DNA of 64,000 nucleotides from Octopus bimaculoides (taxonomy: Eukaryota): contig NC_068982.1 in the NCBI RefSeq assembly GCF_001194135.2, positions 29,200,234 to 29,264,233 of the forward strand. The letters are read 5' to 3'. How positions within the stretch are numbered: position 1 is the stretch's first letter; every line of letters starts with the position of its first letter. Positions 53,553 to 63,860 of this stretch are shown in pieces. Under the pieces are notes generated by a model. It was not told where the DNA came from. It saw only the letters and a program-made list of their open reading frames with translations, and ran no database searches. The position numbers and the translations under genes are program-made.

Positions 53553-56464
53553 AACAACTACATAGACAGACAGACTAAAAGAGACAGAAATGTTTTGTTG
53601 CCAACAGCAGTTACAATTCAGCAATCTCATTACTGTCTTTTCTTACTCCATTTACTTTAATCCTACAACAATTATCTTCAGTATTAATACCATCTATACA
53701 ATACTGGTAACATTACATACTACTCTTCTGTGAATCATCTAAACAAACCATAAATTCAATTCCTACATATCTGATGTGATGTACTCAAAGCCCCATTTCC
53801 CTGTCAGTCTACTCAGATTTCATTGTATGTTATGCACACCTATTGCTTGCATTGTGAATTTGGCATGCAGTTTCTATCTCTCCCATTCCTGCATGGTGCT
53901 ACAATTTTGTATAAGTAGCCTGAATGATATTCAATGAATATTCCTTAAGATTTTTTTTGTGGGTTGTGGGTATTTAGATCTCATGTGTATCTTGGATTTT
54001 TAAATAGGGTCACTGTATGCTTGTGTGTCATAAGAAGCAGCTACAAGGGTTGGAATTGAGAAGGGCATAAAATACTATCTCTCAGAAACTCCCATCCAAC
54101 CTATACCAGCATGGTAAGAGAAATGAGTAAGAGAAATGAGTAAATATGATTTAATAACTTTATTCTTATACTTAATAATATTACTGATGTTAATTAACTT
54201 CATGTATGAAATGTTTAGTTAATCAACAGAGTTTAGATGCAGATCCCTCAATTAATAATATTATAATTTCTCATTGTCAGCTTAATGATCTTAATTATTA
54301 AAGAAACATAAATTACTTAGATTATAAATCTAAGGAAGCTTCGTTCCATTTCCATCCCTTAGGCATTTCTTATCTCCTGAAACAACATTAGAGGTTTGAC
54401 TTTCTCTCCACATAGGTAAATATACATCATATTTCTATATATTCTATAATCAAAAAGTGAAAATGGGTGAGTTAGTAAGTTACTAGAGAAAATAAAAGCA
54501 ACTAATAGACTGGTGGTTAATAGCCTAACATTAGTATTGCATTGTCTCTTGTTCAAGACATTTAATTTTAAATGGCTGAGTTCACATAGCTCCAACTAGG
54601 CACCATGAGTTGTATAAGTTGCCACCATAGACAGGAGCTGTGCTATAAAATTGATGATTATTTTATTGGCTTGCAGTATCAAGTGTATTTCTTAAGATGA
54701 AGTAAAACAAAAAGCTATCAGTAACAGATTGGTGTTCTGTCAAGGAAACAATTTACCTCTGTGCATTCAACAGAGATAAGCACCAGCTTTATGTATCTTT
54801 GGGATTCAGAAAGAATAAGCACACACATTTGTGCATACGCAAGTACTTATCACATTTAGACACTAATGAATTACGTCAGTAATTAACAACTTTGAGAGAT
54901 AGGCAGTCATAATAACAATGCTAACACTTGAACTAATTTATGTTCTGTCGTATAATATTCACTATAAAAATGAGTTACCATTGGTTTTGATGATGAGGAT
55001 TCAGTTGTTTAATCAACTAAATTTCCTACTCATTGAATTAGCTTTGATTAGTTGAACATTCTACAGACAGCTGTGCTTTTAATGTAATCCTCAGGTAAAA
55101 TCAGCAGGTACCTTTGAATTACAGACACAATCCACCCAACAAGCTTTCCCACAGGTTCTGTCTACCCAATTTCACTCACAAAGGGTTGACTTGAGGCATA
55201 ATTAAAAAAACATTTGCCCAAGATGCCAAATAGTGAGGTTGAACCCAAGACCTCATGGTTGTGAAACAAACTTCTTAATCACTCAGCCATATATTCATCT
55301 ACATTATGGGAACATTAGACATTATGAGCCTTAATTTGATACAATGAAAGAACAACAGGCTCATTTATGCTTTTAATGTTTGACACCTTTTATATCATAT
55401 CAAAATCTTAAGCATTAATTTATAACAAAATATCAGGTTTTATTTTTAAGTAGATTAGCTCCAAATTTGTTGGAGGACCTTAATCCAGTAAAATTTACAT
55501 ATATTTTGACATATGACCAAAATGCATATCTTGATGGATTGCATGCAAATTGAAGAAAGAGACACAGCAATAAAGAATAAAGCCAGTGGGATGTGTCACT
55601 CAAAGGCAAAGGAATTCAGCTTAGATAAATAAGAAACAATAAAATATTTTATAAAATAGTTTAGACTATAATAATACTTTCTTATACTGGTACAAGGTGA
55701 CAAGGTTTAATGGAAAGGATATAGTTAATTGAATTAACTCCTATGTATAAATGGTATTTCTTTAATAAGCAATAGAAGAATGAAAGGCAAATTTGACCTT
55801 TGTGGGATCTGAGCTCAGAATTTTGAAGAAGAACACTATATACTGTTGGGCACTTAGTATAGTTGCCAACCATTTTTGCCATACGATTATCTATGCTTTA
55901 TTAGGATATAATAATTGTTTACGAAATAGGCACTAGGCCACCAATGTGTTGTCTATCATACCAAACCCAGTAATCTATTCATTCTTATTTATAAAAGCCA
56001 GAAGAGCAAAAGAATAAATAGTCAAACTGGACAAGATTTGAAATCAGAAGATAATGAACAGTAACTTATAACCAAAAAACAAATGTCTAATGCTCTATTG
56101 ATTCTATCATACACCCTCAACCGTTCATTAATTCCTTTGCTGGAAATCATACTCAGGCTGCCTGGATGAATCCCAAGAATAATAGCATATAAGAACATAA
56201 TAACAAAAAGTCTTCAATTTGGTAAAGAGCAATAGATATGTTACATTAGTCTTACTATCATTTTAGATAGCAATCATTGATGTTATCGTTATGCTGTTAC
56301 TGTAATTGTCTTACTTACCTTGGCAAGGTGCAGTCTTCCATTGGATGCCCGGCTTGTAAGCAACATATGATTAGAGAAAAGAAAGACTTGTCGCACAACT
56401 TCTCGTTTAGAAGAAAGACCGAGCAGATTCTTTGGTTTATCTGGCAACAACTGAAGTAGAAGTC
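2204..56464 (-). CDS. RASGRF: RasGRF (Ras-specific guanine nucleotide-releasing factor), partial; join of 10 exons: 56319-56464, 34955-35033, 31133-31341, 28895-28977, 15601-15676, 13113-13297, 9977-10197, 5915-6805, 3734-3866, 2204-2304
   Basis: All ten exons are bounded by AG/GT and their phases chain without a stop. The peptides match vertebrate RasGRF motifs as I recall them: [102 protein letters not shown]. Flanking exons were not found in 1-2203 or 56465-64000. Confidence 0.95.
3218..3579. mobile_element. TA-flanked foldback MITE (Tc1/mariner-type ends), about 140-bp imperfect TIRs
   Basis: TATAGGGTGGTCTGAAAGCCTTGTCACCC...AGAAGGTCTGTA on the left and TACAGACCTTCT...GGGTGACAAGACTTTCGGACCACCCTATA on the right. 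Confidence 0.85.
3734..3866 (-). CDS. RASGRF: RasGRF exon I, 133 nt, phase 1 to 2
   Basis: ttgtatatttctag|TT TCC...CGG CG|gtatgt; (F)[43 protein letters not shown](R). TVVTSSR resembles vertebrate VVMTSCR. Confidence 0.92.
5190..5770 (-). mobile_element. Two adjacent copies of tRNA-derived SINE family D (another at 33625-33880, +)
   Basis: Repeated gtgaaatgaagtgttttgctcaa.aacacaatg...tctaggaat.gaaacca at about 5350 and about 5700. Confidence 0.8.
5915..6805 (-). CDS. RASGRF: RasGRF exon H (large Ser/Pro/Thr-rich linker), 891 nt, phase 1 to 1
   Basis: tttctttcttttattcag|AT CGT...ATA T|gtaagt; the coding part of ORF 5868-6830; phases fit exons G and I. Confidence 0.88.
8934..9338 (+). mobile_element. 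tRNA-derived SINE family A (internal (TA)/(TG) microsatellite, (GTAAAAGA)n tail)
   Basis: ggcgcaggagtggctgtgtggtaagtagcttgcttaccaaccacatggttccgggttcagtcccact head with A/B-box-like motifs; near-identical copies elsewhere in the window. Confidence 0.9.
9977..10197 (-). CDS. RASGRF: RasGRF exon G (linker), 221 nt, phase 2 to 1
   Basis: tttcttatactag|T ATG...AAA T|gtaagt; [41 protein letters not shown]...PSAFHK; phases fit both neighbours. Confidence 0.88.
10800..11130 (-). mobile_element. Non-autonomous Helitron termini joined head to tail (outer limits uncertain)
   Basis: The minus strand reads CCCGG-GCAAAG-CCGGG hairpin (10960-75), then ctatactg-CTAG (10948-51), then immediately TCTATAATAAAAGCGAAATTTTGTCTGTCC (from 10947 downward). 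Confidence 0.6.
11130..11700 (+). mobile_element. Decayed RTE-clade LINE C-terminal fragment
   Basis: [36 protein letters not shown] matches the RTE IEAMLxxxQLRWAGHVxRM...LYGEL pattern. Confidence 0.65.
12765..12985 (-). mobile_element. tRNA-derived SINE family E (also 26085-26320; partial at 32745-32860 and 52375-52505)
   Basis: ggtttcaaatttt.gcacaaggccag...cctgaaagga.gaaaggcaa.gtcgacctcgg shared across copies. Confidence 0.82.
13113..13297 (-). CDS. RASGRF: RasGRF exon F (REM core), 185 nt, phase 0 to 2
   Basis: ttctgatttcag|ATT...TCA CA|gtaagt; [61 protein letters not shown](H). Confidence 0.96.
13853..15130 (-). mobile_element. Full-length decayed mariner (Hsmar1-like, cecropia-type) with TIRs and TA target duplication
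   Basis: TA at 13851-52 and 15131-32. Left TIR TCAGGCTGAATAAAAAGTAAG..TAACGTTTTGAAAC; right TIR (reverse complement) TTAGGTCGAGTAAAAAGTAAGCAATGTTTTGAAC. Transposase remnants span 13931-14956: [90 protein letters not shown]. Several frameshifts and stops. Confidence 0.93.
15601..15676 (-). CDS. RASGRF: RasGRF exon E (start of REM), 76 nt, phase 2 to 0
   Basis: ttttctctccacag|G TCT...CAG|gtaaaa; [25 protein letters not shown]. Confidence 0.95.
20271..20324 (-). CDS. RASGRF: Candidate alternative RasGRF exon: 54-nt phase 2-2 cassette, or terminal exon with TAA at 20267-20269
   Basis: Strong acceptor ttatttcttttttcaatccag. In frame with exon D: (R)[17 protein letters not shown](Q). The donor CA|gtaaag is weak, and read-through gives CAG TAA. 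Confidence 0.45.
20990..21900 (+). mobile_element. Decayed CR1/L2-group LINE reverse transcriptase fragment with 3' end
   Basis: Broken frames give [55 protein letters not shown]. Confidence 0.8.
22060..22260 (-). mobile_element. Diverged inverted fragment of the same CR1-like RT
   Basis: The reverse complement aligns by eye to 21205-21365 (gacatcagcgaaaccttc; gctttcaaccagatcaca..ctactgca). Confidence 0.55.
28895..28977 (-). CDS. RASGRF: RasGRF exon D, 83 nt, phase 0 to 2
   Basis: ttctgtttgcag|TGC...GTT AG|gtacac; [27 protein letters not shown](R). Confidence 0.93.
30075..30559 (+). mobile_element. RTE-clade LINE 3' end (ORF2 C-terminus, 3'UTR, (GAT)n tail)
   Basis: ORF 30079-30273 [18 protein letters not shown]...[16 protein letters not shown]; tail catgccagcatggaaaatggac..atgatgatgat. 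Confidence 0.85.
31133..31341 (-). CDS. RASGRF: RasGRF exon C (end of PH2), 209 nt (197 nt if the 31329 acceptor is used), phase 1 to 0
   Basis: tttgtttag|CT TAT...CAG|gtaaga; [70 protein letters not shown]. Confidence 0.9.
31513..31895. mobile_element. Foldback element with about 180-bp inverted arms and a 21-nt spacer (31693-31713), TA at both ends
   Basis: TCAACTTAATGTGACAGTC...TCTGAGTCTTTG | spacer | CAAAGACTCAGA...GACTGTCACATTAAGTTGA; arms align along their full length. Confidence 0.9.
34246..34575 (+). mobile_element. tRNA-derived SINE family C (second copy 42250-42585)
   Basis: Both copies share ctcagtggttagag...cgtcactggtgccaagctgtat...cccatggtcattcatga..gaagggg. Confidence 0.85.
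34955..35033 (-). CDS. RASGRF: RasGRF exon B (PH2), 79 nt, phase 0 to 1
   Basis: ttctttccag|CAA...GAC A|gtaagt; [26 protein letters not shown]. Confidence 0.93.
35209..35419. other. Assembly gap. Other gaps: 38567-38576, 39200-39626, 52073-52082, 53468-53501, 62040-62082
   Basis: N runs, each next to a microsatellite. Confidence 0.99.
40680..40790 (-). mobile_element. Short tRNA-derived SINE with (AAT)n tail
   Basis: Reverse complement GGGCATATGGTGTAGTGGTTAAGAGCACGGGCTACTAACCCCTAGATTCGAGTTCAATTCCAAGCAGTGACCTGAAC(AAT)n; no acceptor stem. Confidence 0.75.
40968..41187. mobile_element. piggyBac-type MITE, second family
   Basis: ACTTTTAGCATTT...GAGTGCTAAAGGG|TTAA; internal sequence shared with the 45287, 57672 and 62484 copies. 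Confidence 0.7.
45287..45511. mobile_element. piggyBac-type MITE, second family (CCCTTTAGCATT TIR)
   Basis: TTAA|CCCTTTAGCATTCAG...AATGCTAAAGAG|TTAT. Confidence 0.75.
45560..45900 (+). mobile_element. 3' end of a CR1-like LINE
   Basis: cactaaccattattcccagtctttgatcccaggaactgcctcccactggaa ([16 protein letters not shown]) parallels 21790-21880. Confidence 0.5.
46190..46562 (-). mobile_element. SINE family A, inverted older copy. Further degenerate or partial copies near 2590-2870, 28990-29290, 33970-34140, 38760-38905, 48196-48470, 55130-55290, 59280-59440
   Basis: Reverse complement is colinear with family A. Confidence 0.8.
47300..48100 (-). mobile_element. Highly decayed CR1-like LINE fragment
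   Basis: The minus strand gives [16 protein letters not shown], matching the CR1-type YCxHIW motif. Confidence 0.45.
49181..49234. repeat. Perfect 54-bp palindrome with no spacer
   Basis: TTTACTGAGGTACCCTTGTATACCATA|TATGGTATACAAGGGTACCTCAGTAAA, checked base by base. Confidence 0.97.
50662..50950. mobile_element. Probable solo LTR, 289 bp, CpG-rich
   Basis: Termini TGTGGT...ACCACA are a perfect 6-bp inverted pair. Flanks are taagt / aaagt (5-bp TSD with 1 mismatch). About 19 CpGs in about 250 bp against a CpG-poor background. Confidence 0.6.
50669..50919 (+). promoter_or_regulatory. Promoter-like module inside the LTR: CRE, two ETS-type sites and a downstream splice donor
   Basis: TGACGTCA at 50669-76; GACCGGAAG twice (CCGGAAG at 50694 and 50711); GAG|GTAAGG with GT at 50914; no ATG seen between 50677 and the donor. 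Motif evidence only. Confidence 0.4.
52650..52970 (+). mobile_element. tRNA-derived SINE family B. Other copies near 13600-13850(-, cut by the mariner), 49650-49950(-), 59690-59885(+, head), 60350-60690(+), 63110-63435(-)
   Basis: Shared head ggctaagtggttagggtattc...gttcaattcctgg and body ccagtccactcagctggcaaaaatgagt...gttccattgat.ggatcaactggaaccc. Confidence 0.82.
53397..53549. repeat. (AG)n microsatellite spanning an N gap. Others: (TG)n about 2870-2902, (TA)/(GATA)n about 12548-12597, TA-rich 32920-33240, (TG)/(CTAT)n 38498-38566, (TA)n flanking the gaps
   Basis: Read directly. Confidence 0.97.
56319..56464 (-). CDS. RASGRF: RasGRF exon A (start of PH2), 146 nt, phase 1 to 0
   Basis: ttttgtcatccag|GA CTT...AAG|gtaagt; (G)[48 protein letters not shown]. 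Confidence 0.93.
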
Positions 56465-57671
56465 CTGGATGACAAAACATAGAAATAATTAGTTTAAAAA
56501 AAATTAATATAATCATGTATGAATATACAAGTAATATAAAATAATGATTATAAAATATCCAATAGATCTCTCTATTAGACAGCTGCATTTTTACCCTTAT
56601 ATAAAAACAACAGTTAAAATATGAGTTATTACAACATAGTTATAATTCCCTTTGTACTTGTCTAGCAAGGGATTAGATCCAAGTCTGTAAGTTAAGACTG
56701 AAGCAATTACATTGTAGAAGAGCTATTTTAGTCAACTGGAAAACTTAAAAAGTTGCTGTGGAACTGTGTCAGTGACCTGATGTGTGATGAAAAGTTGGAC
56801 ATTTCAAGAAATAAATGAAAAATTAATTTAATGTTTTTGTGTCTTTAGATGGTGGCAATAGTTGTCATCTAAAGATTATTATTTAATATGCATAAGATAA
56901 TTGTCAAGGTATAAATATATATGTGAGAATGTGTGTGTGTGTATATCTGTGTGTATCATCATCCTCATTTACTGTCCTACTTCCATGCTGGTGTGGGCCA
57001 GACAGTTTGACAAGAGCTGGTAAGTTAGAAGACTGCATTAAGTAGAGCTTGACATACACACATATATACATGTAAATACGCATTATCACCATATCAGTGA
57101 AGATGATTATTATTATCTAACATAAAATAAACAATTACTTTTACAAGAGTTTTTAAAACTCCTTGATTTATGCCAGCCAACTAAAAAAAAGTTCTGTTAA
57201 TGAAGCATTGTAGTGTGTTCGTTCAATACACTGTAATGATGCAGTGTATTCATATTGTATATTGATACTGAAATAAAAGTATGAATTATTGGACTTTGAA
57301 AGGGAAAGGAACAGAAAAGAAGGAGTCACACACATTTATATTTGTCCAGAGTAATTTAAACCTTATATTGTGCGACAAATAACCTGTATTTAGAATTTGC
57401 CTTATGTAACTCATAATCACTTTGTATTAATGAAACACATGTAAGATGATGTAACTAAAAATCATAAACGATCTCTCTTGTTTTGTTTTGTGTGTGTGTG
57501 TGCACATACAATTCATCAAACTCATGGTAGCATGGAAATAAAAGTGAATGAAAAAAAGTAAGTGTGAATCGGAAGGGTTAGTGTGAATCGGAAGGGTTCT
57601 TTAGTAGGTATAAAAGGAAAACAACAAAAATAAACTGAGTCTTTTAATTTGAGGTAGCATGAGAAGTTTAA

Positions 57672-57884
57672 CCCCTTAGCATTTAAACAAGCTACATCCA
57701 ACTCAAATATTCTGCCTGGTTTATGTTCAAACTGGCCAGATCCAGCATGCCACACCTACCCTACAAGATCATTCTAAAAATACACACTTGCATCATTAAA
57801 ATCTTGAAGCTATGAGACAAAAGAAACAAATCAATGTGAATAAATATGCATTACATTTGACAGAGTAATCTGAATTGTAAAAGG
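57672..57884. mobile_element. piggyBac-type MITE, second family
   Basis: TTAA|CCCCTTAGCATTT...AATTGTAAAAGG|TTAA. Confidence 0.75.
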
Positions 57885-58635
57885 TTAAAGCTCATTTCGT
57901 TATAATTTTAGAAAAGCAGGAATTTTATACTAAAGTTATTGTTACAATTTAACACAATGCAAAGCAGAGAGAGAGAGAGAGAGAGATAGAAATAGGGGTC
58001 AGTCACGTACCATCACTGAAGTTAAAGTGCTGTCTCACCATTATTGATTTACTTAATCTATAGACCATTCCTAACCATAACTAGTGTCTACTTATTTCTT
58101 GATACTACTGCAAAAAGCTATTGATCTATGATTCATTAATCAAAAATCATAAACACAAGGAAGCTTCTGATGATCAGAAGCAAGCGTTTCTGATGACCAG
58201 ACTGGAAAATTGTTTGTTTTTCCCTTTTGCATGGTTTGGTGAAGAGACATTGTCAAACCAGGAGTAACTTCATCGCAAGGTGATGGAAACCTACTGTTGG
58301 TAACCATGTAATCCAGTACTACCTGCTCATGGTAGAGTAGTTGGCTACTAAACTAATCCCCTAATGGGTTTATCTATGAGGAGAGTGTATGAGCGCCTAG
58401 CAGGATTAAAAAACAAAAACTGCAAAAAGTAGATGAGTGCCTTAAGAGCTGGTGATAACGATAACTTGAGGAAGAGATGAGAAGCACCAGCATTACCAAT
58501 CTCAATGGAACACTTGTATGGAAAGTACACCGATATCTAATTCTCTGTCAGACCAGTCAGGACTTGGGAAGGTCAAGACCAATGAGGTGAGGAAACGACT
58601 GCTTAAAAGAAAGAAAAAAAAATATTAGGTATATA

Positions 58636-59046
58636 GGCGTAGGAGTGGTTGTGTGGTAAGTAGCTTGCATACGAACCACATGGTTCCGGGTTCAGTCCCA
58701 TTGCGTGGCACCTTGGACAAGTATCTTCTACTATAGCCTCGGGCCGACAAAAGCCTTGTGAGTGGATTTGGTAGATGGAAACTGAAAGAAGCCTGTCGTA
58801 TATATATGTATATGTATATATATATATGTGTGTGGGTGTTTGTATGTCTGTGTTTGTCCCCCCCCAACATCGCTTGACAACTGATGCTGGTGTGTTTACG
58901 TCCCCATAACTTAGCGGTTCGGCAAAAGAGACCGATAGAAAAAGTACTAGGCTTCCAAAGAATAAGTCCTGGGGTCGATTTGCTCGACTAAAGGCGGTGC
59001 TCCAGCATGGCTGCAGTCAAATGACTGAAACAATTAAAAGAGTAAA
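58636..59046 (+). mobile_element. SINE family A, young copy
   Basis: Colinear with 8934-9338. Confidence 0.9.
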
Positions 59047-59888
59047 GAGAGAGAGAGAGAGAGTATCCCAATGGCAGAAATGCTACTGTATTTCACTTGA
59101 CTTAGTGAGGAGGAAAGCCTGTGCTCACAATGTTTTTATAAGATCTCCAAGACTGATGTGAAAAGAGAACTTGATATCCTCAGGTATTCAAATGCTTACA
59201 ACATATGGATTCCTTTAAAAACAGTGATGTTAAACTGGGCTACAGATTAGATCTACTGCTTAATAACAGCTATAGTGCATCTGTCTGGATTTTGTATAGT
59301 TTCTGTCTATCCAATATTACTCACAAGGTTTGGGTCTATCAAAGACTATGAAAGAAGAAACTTGACCAAAGTTACTTACAGTAGGATTGAACCCAGTATT
59401 ACAAGATTATGTACTAAACTTGTTAACCACATGGCCATGCCTGAATCCATATATATATTTAAATTTGCTCAGTCTTTCATTTTGCAATCATTTCTACCAG
59501 AATAATCACCTAAAAATTAATCTATAAACATTTAAAGCGGTTATTTAATTTTAAGAATTCACAACCGTAGGTGGTCATTATTATGATGAGAAAATTTGTA
59601 AACAAATCCAATCAGGAAAATGACTTTTAATTGTATATGAAAAATTATTTCATAACATAGATTTAAAAGTATCTGTATATGGGTTTGTGGAGGCGCGTGG
59701 TTTAGTGGTTAAGGTGTCAGCATCATGATCGCAAGATTGTGGTTTCAATTCCTGGACCAGGCGATGCGTTGTGTTCTTGAGCAAAACACTTCATTTCATG
59801 TTGCTCCAGTCCACTCAGCTGGCAAAAATGAGTAACACTGTGATGGACTGGCGTCCCATCCAGTTGGGGAACACATATGCCATTGAAG

Positions 59889-60089
59889 TTGAAGAAGTGA
59901 TTTTAAATTCTCAAACGCAGGATAATGCTAATAATATAACCTGAACAGGATAAGCTACCCCTATTTTGCAGAAAAAAGTGGTTGCGGCTGACTATGAGAC
60001 TTTTATCTGCAAAATAGGGGTAGCTTATCCTGTTCATGCTATATTATTAGCATTATCCTGCGTTTGAGAATTTAAAATCACTTCTTTAA
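59889..60089. mobile_element. Foldback MITE with about 88-bp arms (3 mismatches) and a 19-nt spacer; possible Kolobok-type ends
   Basis: TTGA|AGAAGTGATTTTAAATTCTCAAACGCAGG...AAAAGT, spacer 59980-98, ACTTTT...CCTGCGTTTGAGAATTTAAAATCACTTCT|TTAA. The foldback is directly visible; the superfamily is inferred. Confidence 0.85.
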
Positions 60090-61317
60090 TTTTCTAAGAT
60101 ATCTCAACACTTCTAAAGCAAACTTTGTTTGTTTGCAGTCATCGTAATTTGAATTTAATCTTAAATAAGTTTGCAATTACACAGGAAAGTAATCATTGTT
60201 CAGATACAAACTAAAAATTAGTGAAAGTTCAAGGTGGAGCAATGTCATATCATTAGAAAATATATCTTAGCTTTTACAAAATATACAATTAAACATTTGC
60301 CATGTGAGTTATTGTATTTTCTGTGGATGCTGAGTAGCTAAGATGTTTACGATGCAATTTATAAGGCTCTGAGTTCAACACCACTGTGTAACATTTTGGG
60401 CAAATGTATTAATATTGGCCTTGGGTCAACCCAAGTTTTATGAGTGAACTTGGGTCAACATAAACTGCATAAAAAATTATCAAATGGAATGTACCTGTAA
60501 TTCAGAGTTCACAGGAACACTGGTGTCATGCTTATTTTACCTGAGAATTATGTAAAGAATATCTCAGGAATACTCAGCCACTTCGCAAGTTAATTCAATG
60601 AGTAGATTGTCCATTTGATCAAACGACTGGGTACTCAAGTGTCAAAATCAACATGAGAGTCCAGCAACGGTAACTGATTAGTATCCAGTATAAGTAGGCA
60701 AAAAAGATACTATACTTCTTAATTACAGTACTGATTAGAACGTCTACTATGAGGGGCATTAACTACATAATAAACAGTCTGTAAACAGCAAATGTAAAAC
60801 TGCAATATTAAGTACTTGTTCTAATATCCTAAGATATTCACTGGGATATTAATTCTTTATCATAGTGAGAGATTTATGGTGTCAGCTAATCTCAACCATT
60901 CCTCTCTTTTGATACTAATCTTCTTAATTATTCCTGACTAGTTCATTAATTACCATTTTTTTTTTTTACATATAATATTTATCCTCTATTCTTATCACAT
61001 GTATGTATTGGTGTTCTGTTTTGTATTTGTCTTCAGATGTAATTAAGAATATACGCTGATGTTAAATATCATGTTTACTTAAACAAACATATGAATATTA
61101 GTAGATCATTTGAGAAATAGCTTCTATAAATTTTTAATGTGTATCAACAGTACACGATGAGTGCTATGTTATTTCCAAAGTAAATACATTTCAGTTTCTC
61201 CTTCATATTGTCATTGTAATCACCACCACCACCACTACCACCTTCACCATCACCATCATCATCATGACCAATAATTTTCTATTTTTTCGAATTTTTGTGA
61301 ATAACATAGGTTAATAC

Positions 61318-61722
61318 AGATGCAAGAGTGGCTGTGTGGTAAGTAGCTTGCTTACCAACCACATGGTTCTGCGTTCAGTCCTACTGCATGGCACCTTGGA
61401 CAAGTGTCTTCTACTATAGCCTCGGGCCGACCAAAGCCTTGTAAGTAGATTTGGTAGACGGAAATTGAAAGAAGCCCATCATGTATACATGTATGTGTAT
61501 GTGTGTGTGTGTATTTGTATGTCTGTGGTGGTCCCCCAACATCACTTGACAACAGATGCTGGAATGTTTACATTCCTGTAACTTAGCGGTTCAGCAAAAG
61601 AGACCGATAGAAAGAGTACTAGGCTTTCAAAGAATAAGTCCTGGGGTTGGTTTGTTTGACTAAAGGCAGTGCTCTACCATGGCCACAGTCGAATGACTGA
61701 AACAAGTAAAAGAATAAAAGAA
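61318..61722 (+). mobile_element. SINE family A
   Basis: Colinear with 8934-9338. Confidence 0.88.
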
Positions 61723-61875
61723 TAATATAAATTAGTACAATGGTTCTTAACCTCTGTTGGGGATATTCTGAGCTCAGAAGGGAGTAGTAAATGACAAAAT
61801 GCCAAAGGGGAGCAATGGACAGTGTGGGGTAGGGTTAAAGAATTTGTGTTTTGATTTTTGTTTGAAAGTAAAATA

Positions 61876-62317
61876 GGCGCAGGAGTGGCTGTGTGCTAAG
61901 TAGCTTGCTTACCAACCACATGGTTCCGGGTTCAGTCCCACTGCATGGCATCTTCGGCAAGTGTCTTCTACTATAGCCTCGGGCCGACCAAAGCCTTGTG
62001 AGTGGATTTGGTAGGCAGAAACTGAAAGAAGCCCGTCGTNNNNNNNNNNNNNNNNNNNNNNNNNNNNNNNNNNNNNNNNNNNATATATGTCTGTGTGTGT
62101 GTGTATGTTTGTGTGTCTGTGTTTGTCCCCCCAATATCGCTTGACAACCGATGCTGGTGTGTTTATGTCCCCGTCACTTAGCAGTTGAGCAAAAGAAACC
62201 AATAGAATAAGTACCAGGCTTACGAAGAATAAGTCCTGGGGTCGATTTGCTCGACTAAAGGCGGTGCTCCAGCATGGCCGCAGTCAAATGACTGAAACAA
62301 GTAAAAGAGTAAAGAGT
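61876..62317 (+). mobile_element. SINE family A (N gap in the internal microsatellite)
   Basis: Colinear with 8934-9338. Confidence 0.9.
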
Positions 62318-62483
62318 ATATAAAACCCAAGTACAACATATTTTCAAGTAAACCTTTTGTCAGGATTAGAGATACATTGTGTTGTCTGTGGGTCGGACAT
62401 TGTGCTGTCAGTGAGCAGAAACATGACTGATGGTATACCAACATCCAATATAATTCCAATATATAAGCACTAACCTTCTTTAA

Positions 62484-62692
62484 CTCTTTAGCATTCAGAT
62501 TACTCTGTCAAATGAAATGCTTATTTATTCACATCATTTTGAATTAATCATATATTATCTCATAGCTTTGAGACTACGATGATGTGACTGTTTATTTTTA
62601 GAATGACATTTAGGGTAGGTGTGAAAGGTTAGTTTAAACATAAAACAAGCGGATTATATGAGCTGGATATGGCCAGTTTAGGTGCTAAAGTG
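62484..62692. mobile_element. piggyBac-type MITE, second family
   Basis: TTAA|CTCTTTAGCATTCAG...GGTGCTAAAGTG|TTAA. Confidence 0.75.
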
Positions 62693-63589
62693 TTAATAAT
62701 TTTGATTTGAATTTAACATTGGCACATACTGGATAGGATAACATAAGAACGCAAGGATATTACAACACAACACAAAATTAACCTCTGTTTAATTAAAAGA
62801 ATCTGCTCGGATATTTTTTAGAGCTGTTTTACAGAACATAGAGAGAAGGCATTTGTAAAACACTGTTCAGTGAAAGAAGAACTGTATTACAAAAGGTTGA
62901 AAAACACTGGATATATGTTAGCTTTATCAACCATAGAGAGATGTAATAACATTACTTTTGCAAGGAGATATTTATCTAGAGACTCAAAGTATTAAAAGAA
63001 AACTTTTTATGTGTCACTCAATCATTTTGAAGTGTTAACTGACAGAATCATTATGAGCAACCTGTGGCCTGCAAGACTTTCTTAATGGCAGGCTTAATAA
63101 GACATTAAACTGGAACTCCGTTGGTTACGACAAAGAGGTTTCCAGTTGATCCGATCATTGGAACAACCTGTCTTGAAATTAATGTGCAAATGGCTGAGCA
63201 CTCCACAGGCATGCGTGCCCTTAATATAGTTCTCAGGGAGATTCAGCATGACACAGAATGTGATAAGGCTGGCCCTTTGAATTACAAGTATTACTCATTT
63301 TTGCCAGCTGAGTGGACTGGTGCAATGTGAAATAAAGTGTCTTGCTCAAGTTCACAACACATCACCAGGAATCGAACTCGCAATGTTATGATCGTGAGCT
63401 GAATACCCTAGCCACTAAGCCGCGTGCCTTCACCAATGAAATATTATCCTGAATATTTTTAGTAGTGCAACCCACCTGATGATGAGCCATGTCTCATGCT
63501 GGCTCTCTTCTCAAGAGAAGCTGCCCATGTCTGCATTATTGGAAAGAATACCTCACAATATTTATTCTGAGTTTATATGCTCTGAGTTC

Positions 63590-63860
63590 AAATGTAGTGA
63601 CAATCACTTAAAGGTGGAGGGAAGTTATGGAAAAGGAAGACCCAGGAAGAAATGGGACAAAATACTGAAAGCTGTTCTCAAAACGCTGAGCCTTACAAAA
63701 GAGATGACAGAGGACTGAGATATGTGGCACATTGCTGTACTCAGGAAGACCTGCCCACCACAATAAAATTGAGACCCTAAAACCAAGGTGCCACGTAAAA
63801 ATATTTGATGTGGGTGCTGGTGCCATTTAAAAAGCATCCAGTACACTTTACTTTTCATAT
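63590..63860 (+). mobile_element. RTE-clade LINE 3' fragment
   Basis: LKVEGSYGKGRPRKKWDKILKAVLKTLSLTKEMTED, followed by ggtgccacgtaaaaa as in the other copies. Confidence 0.75.
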
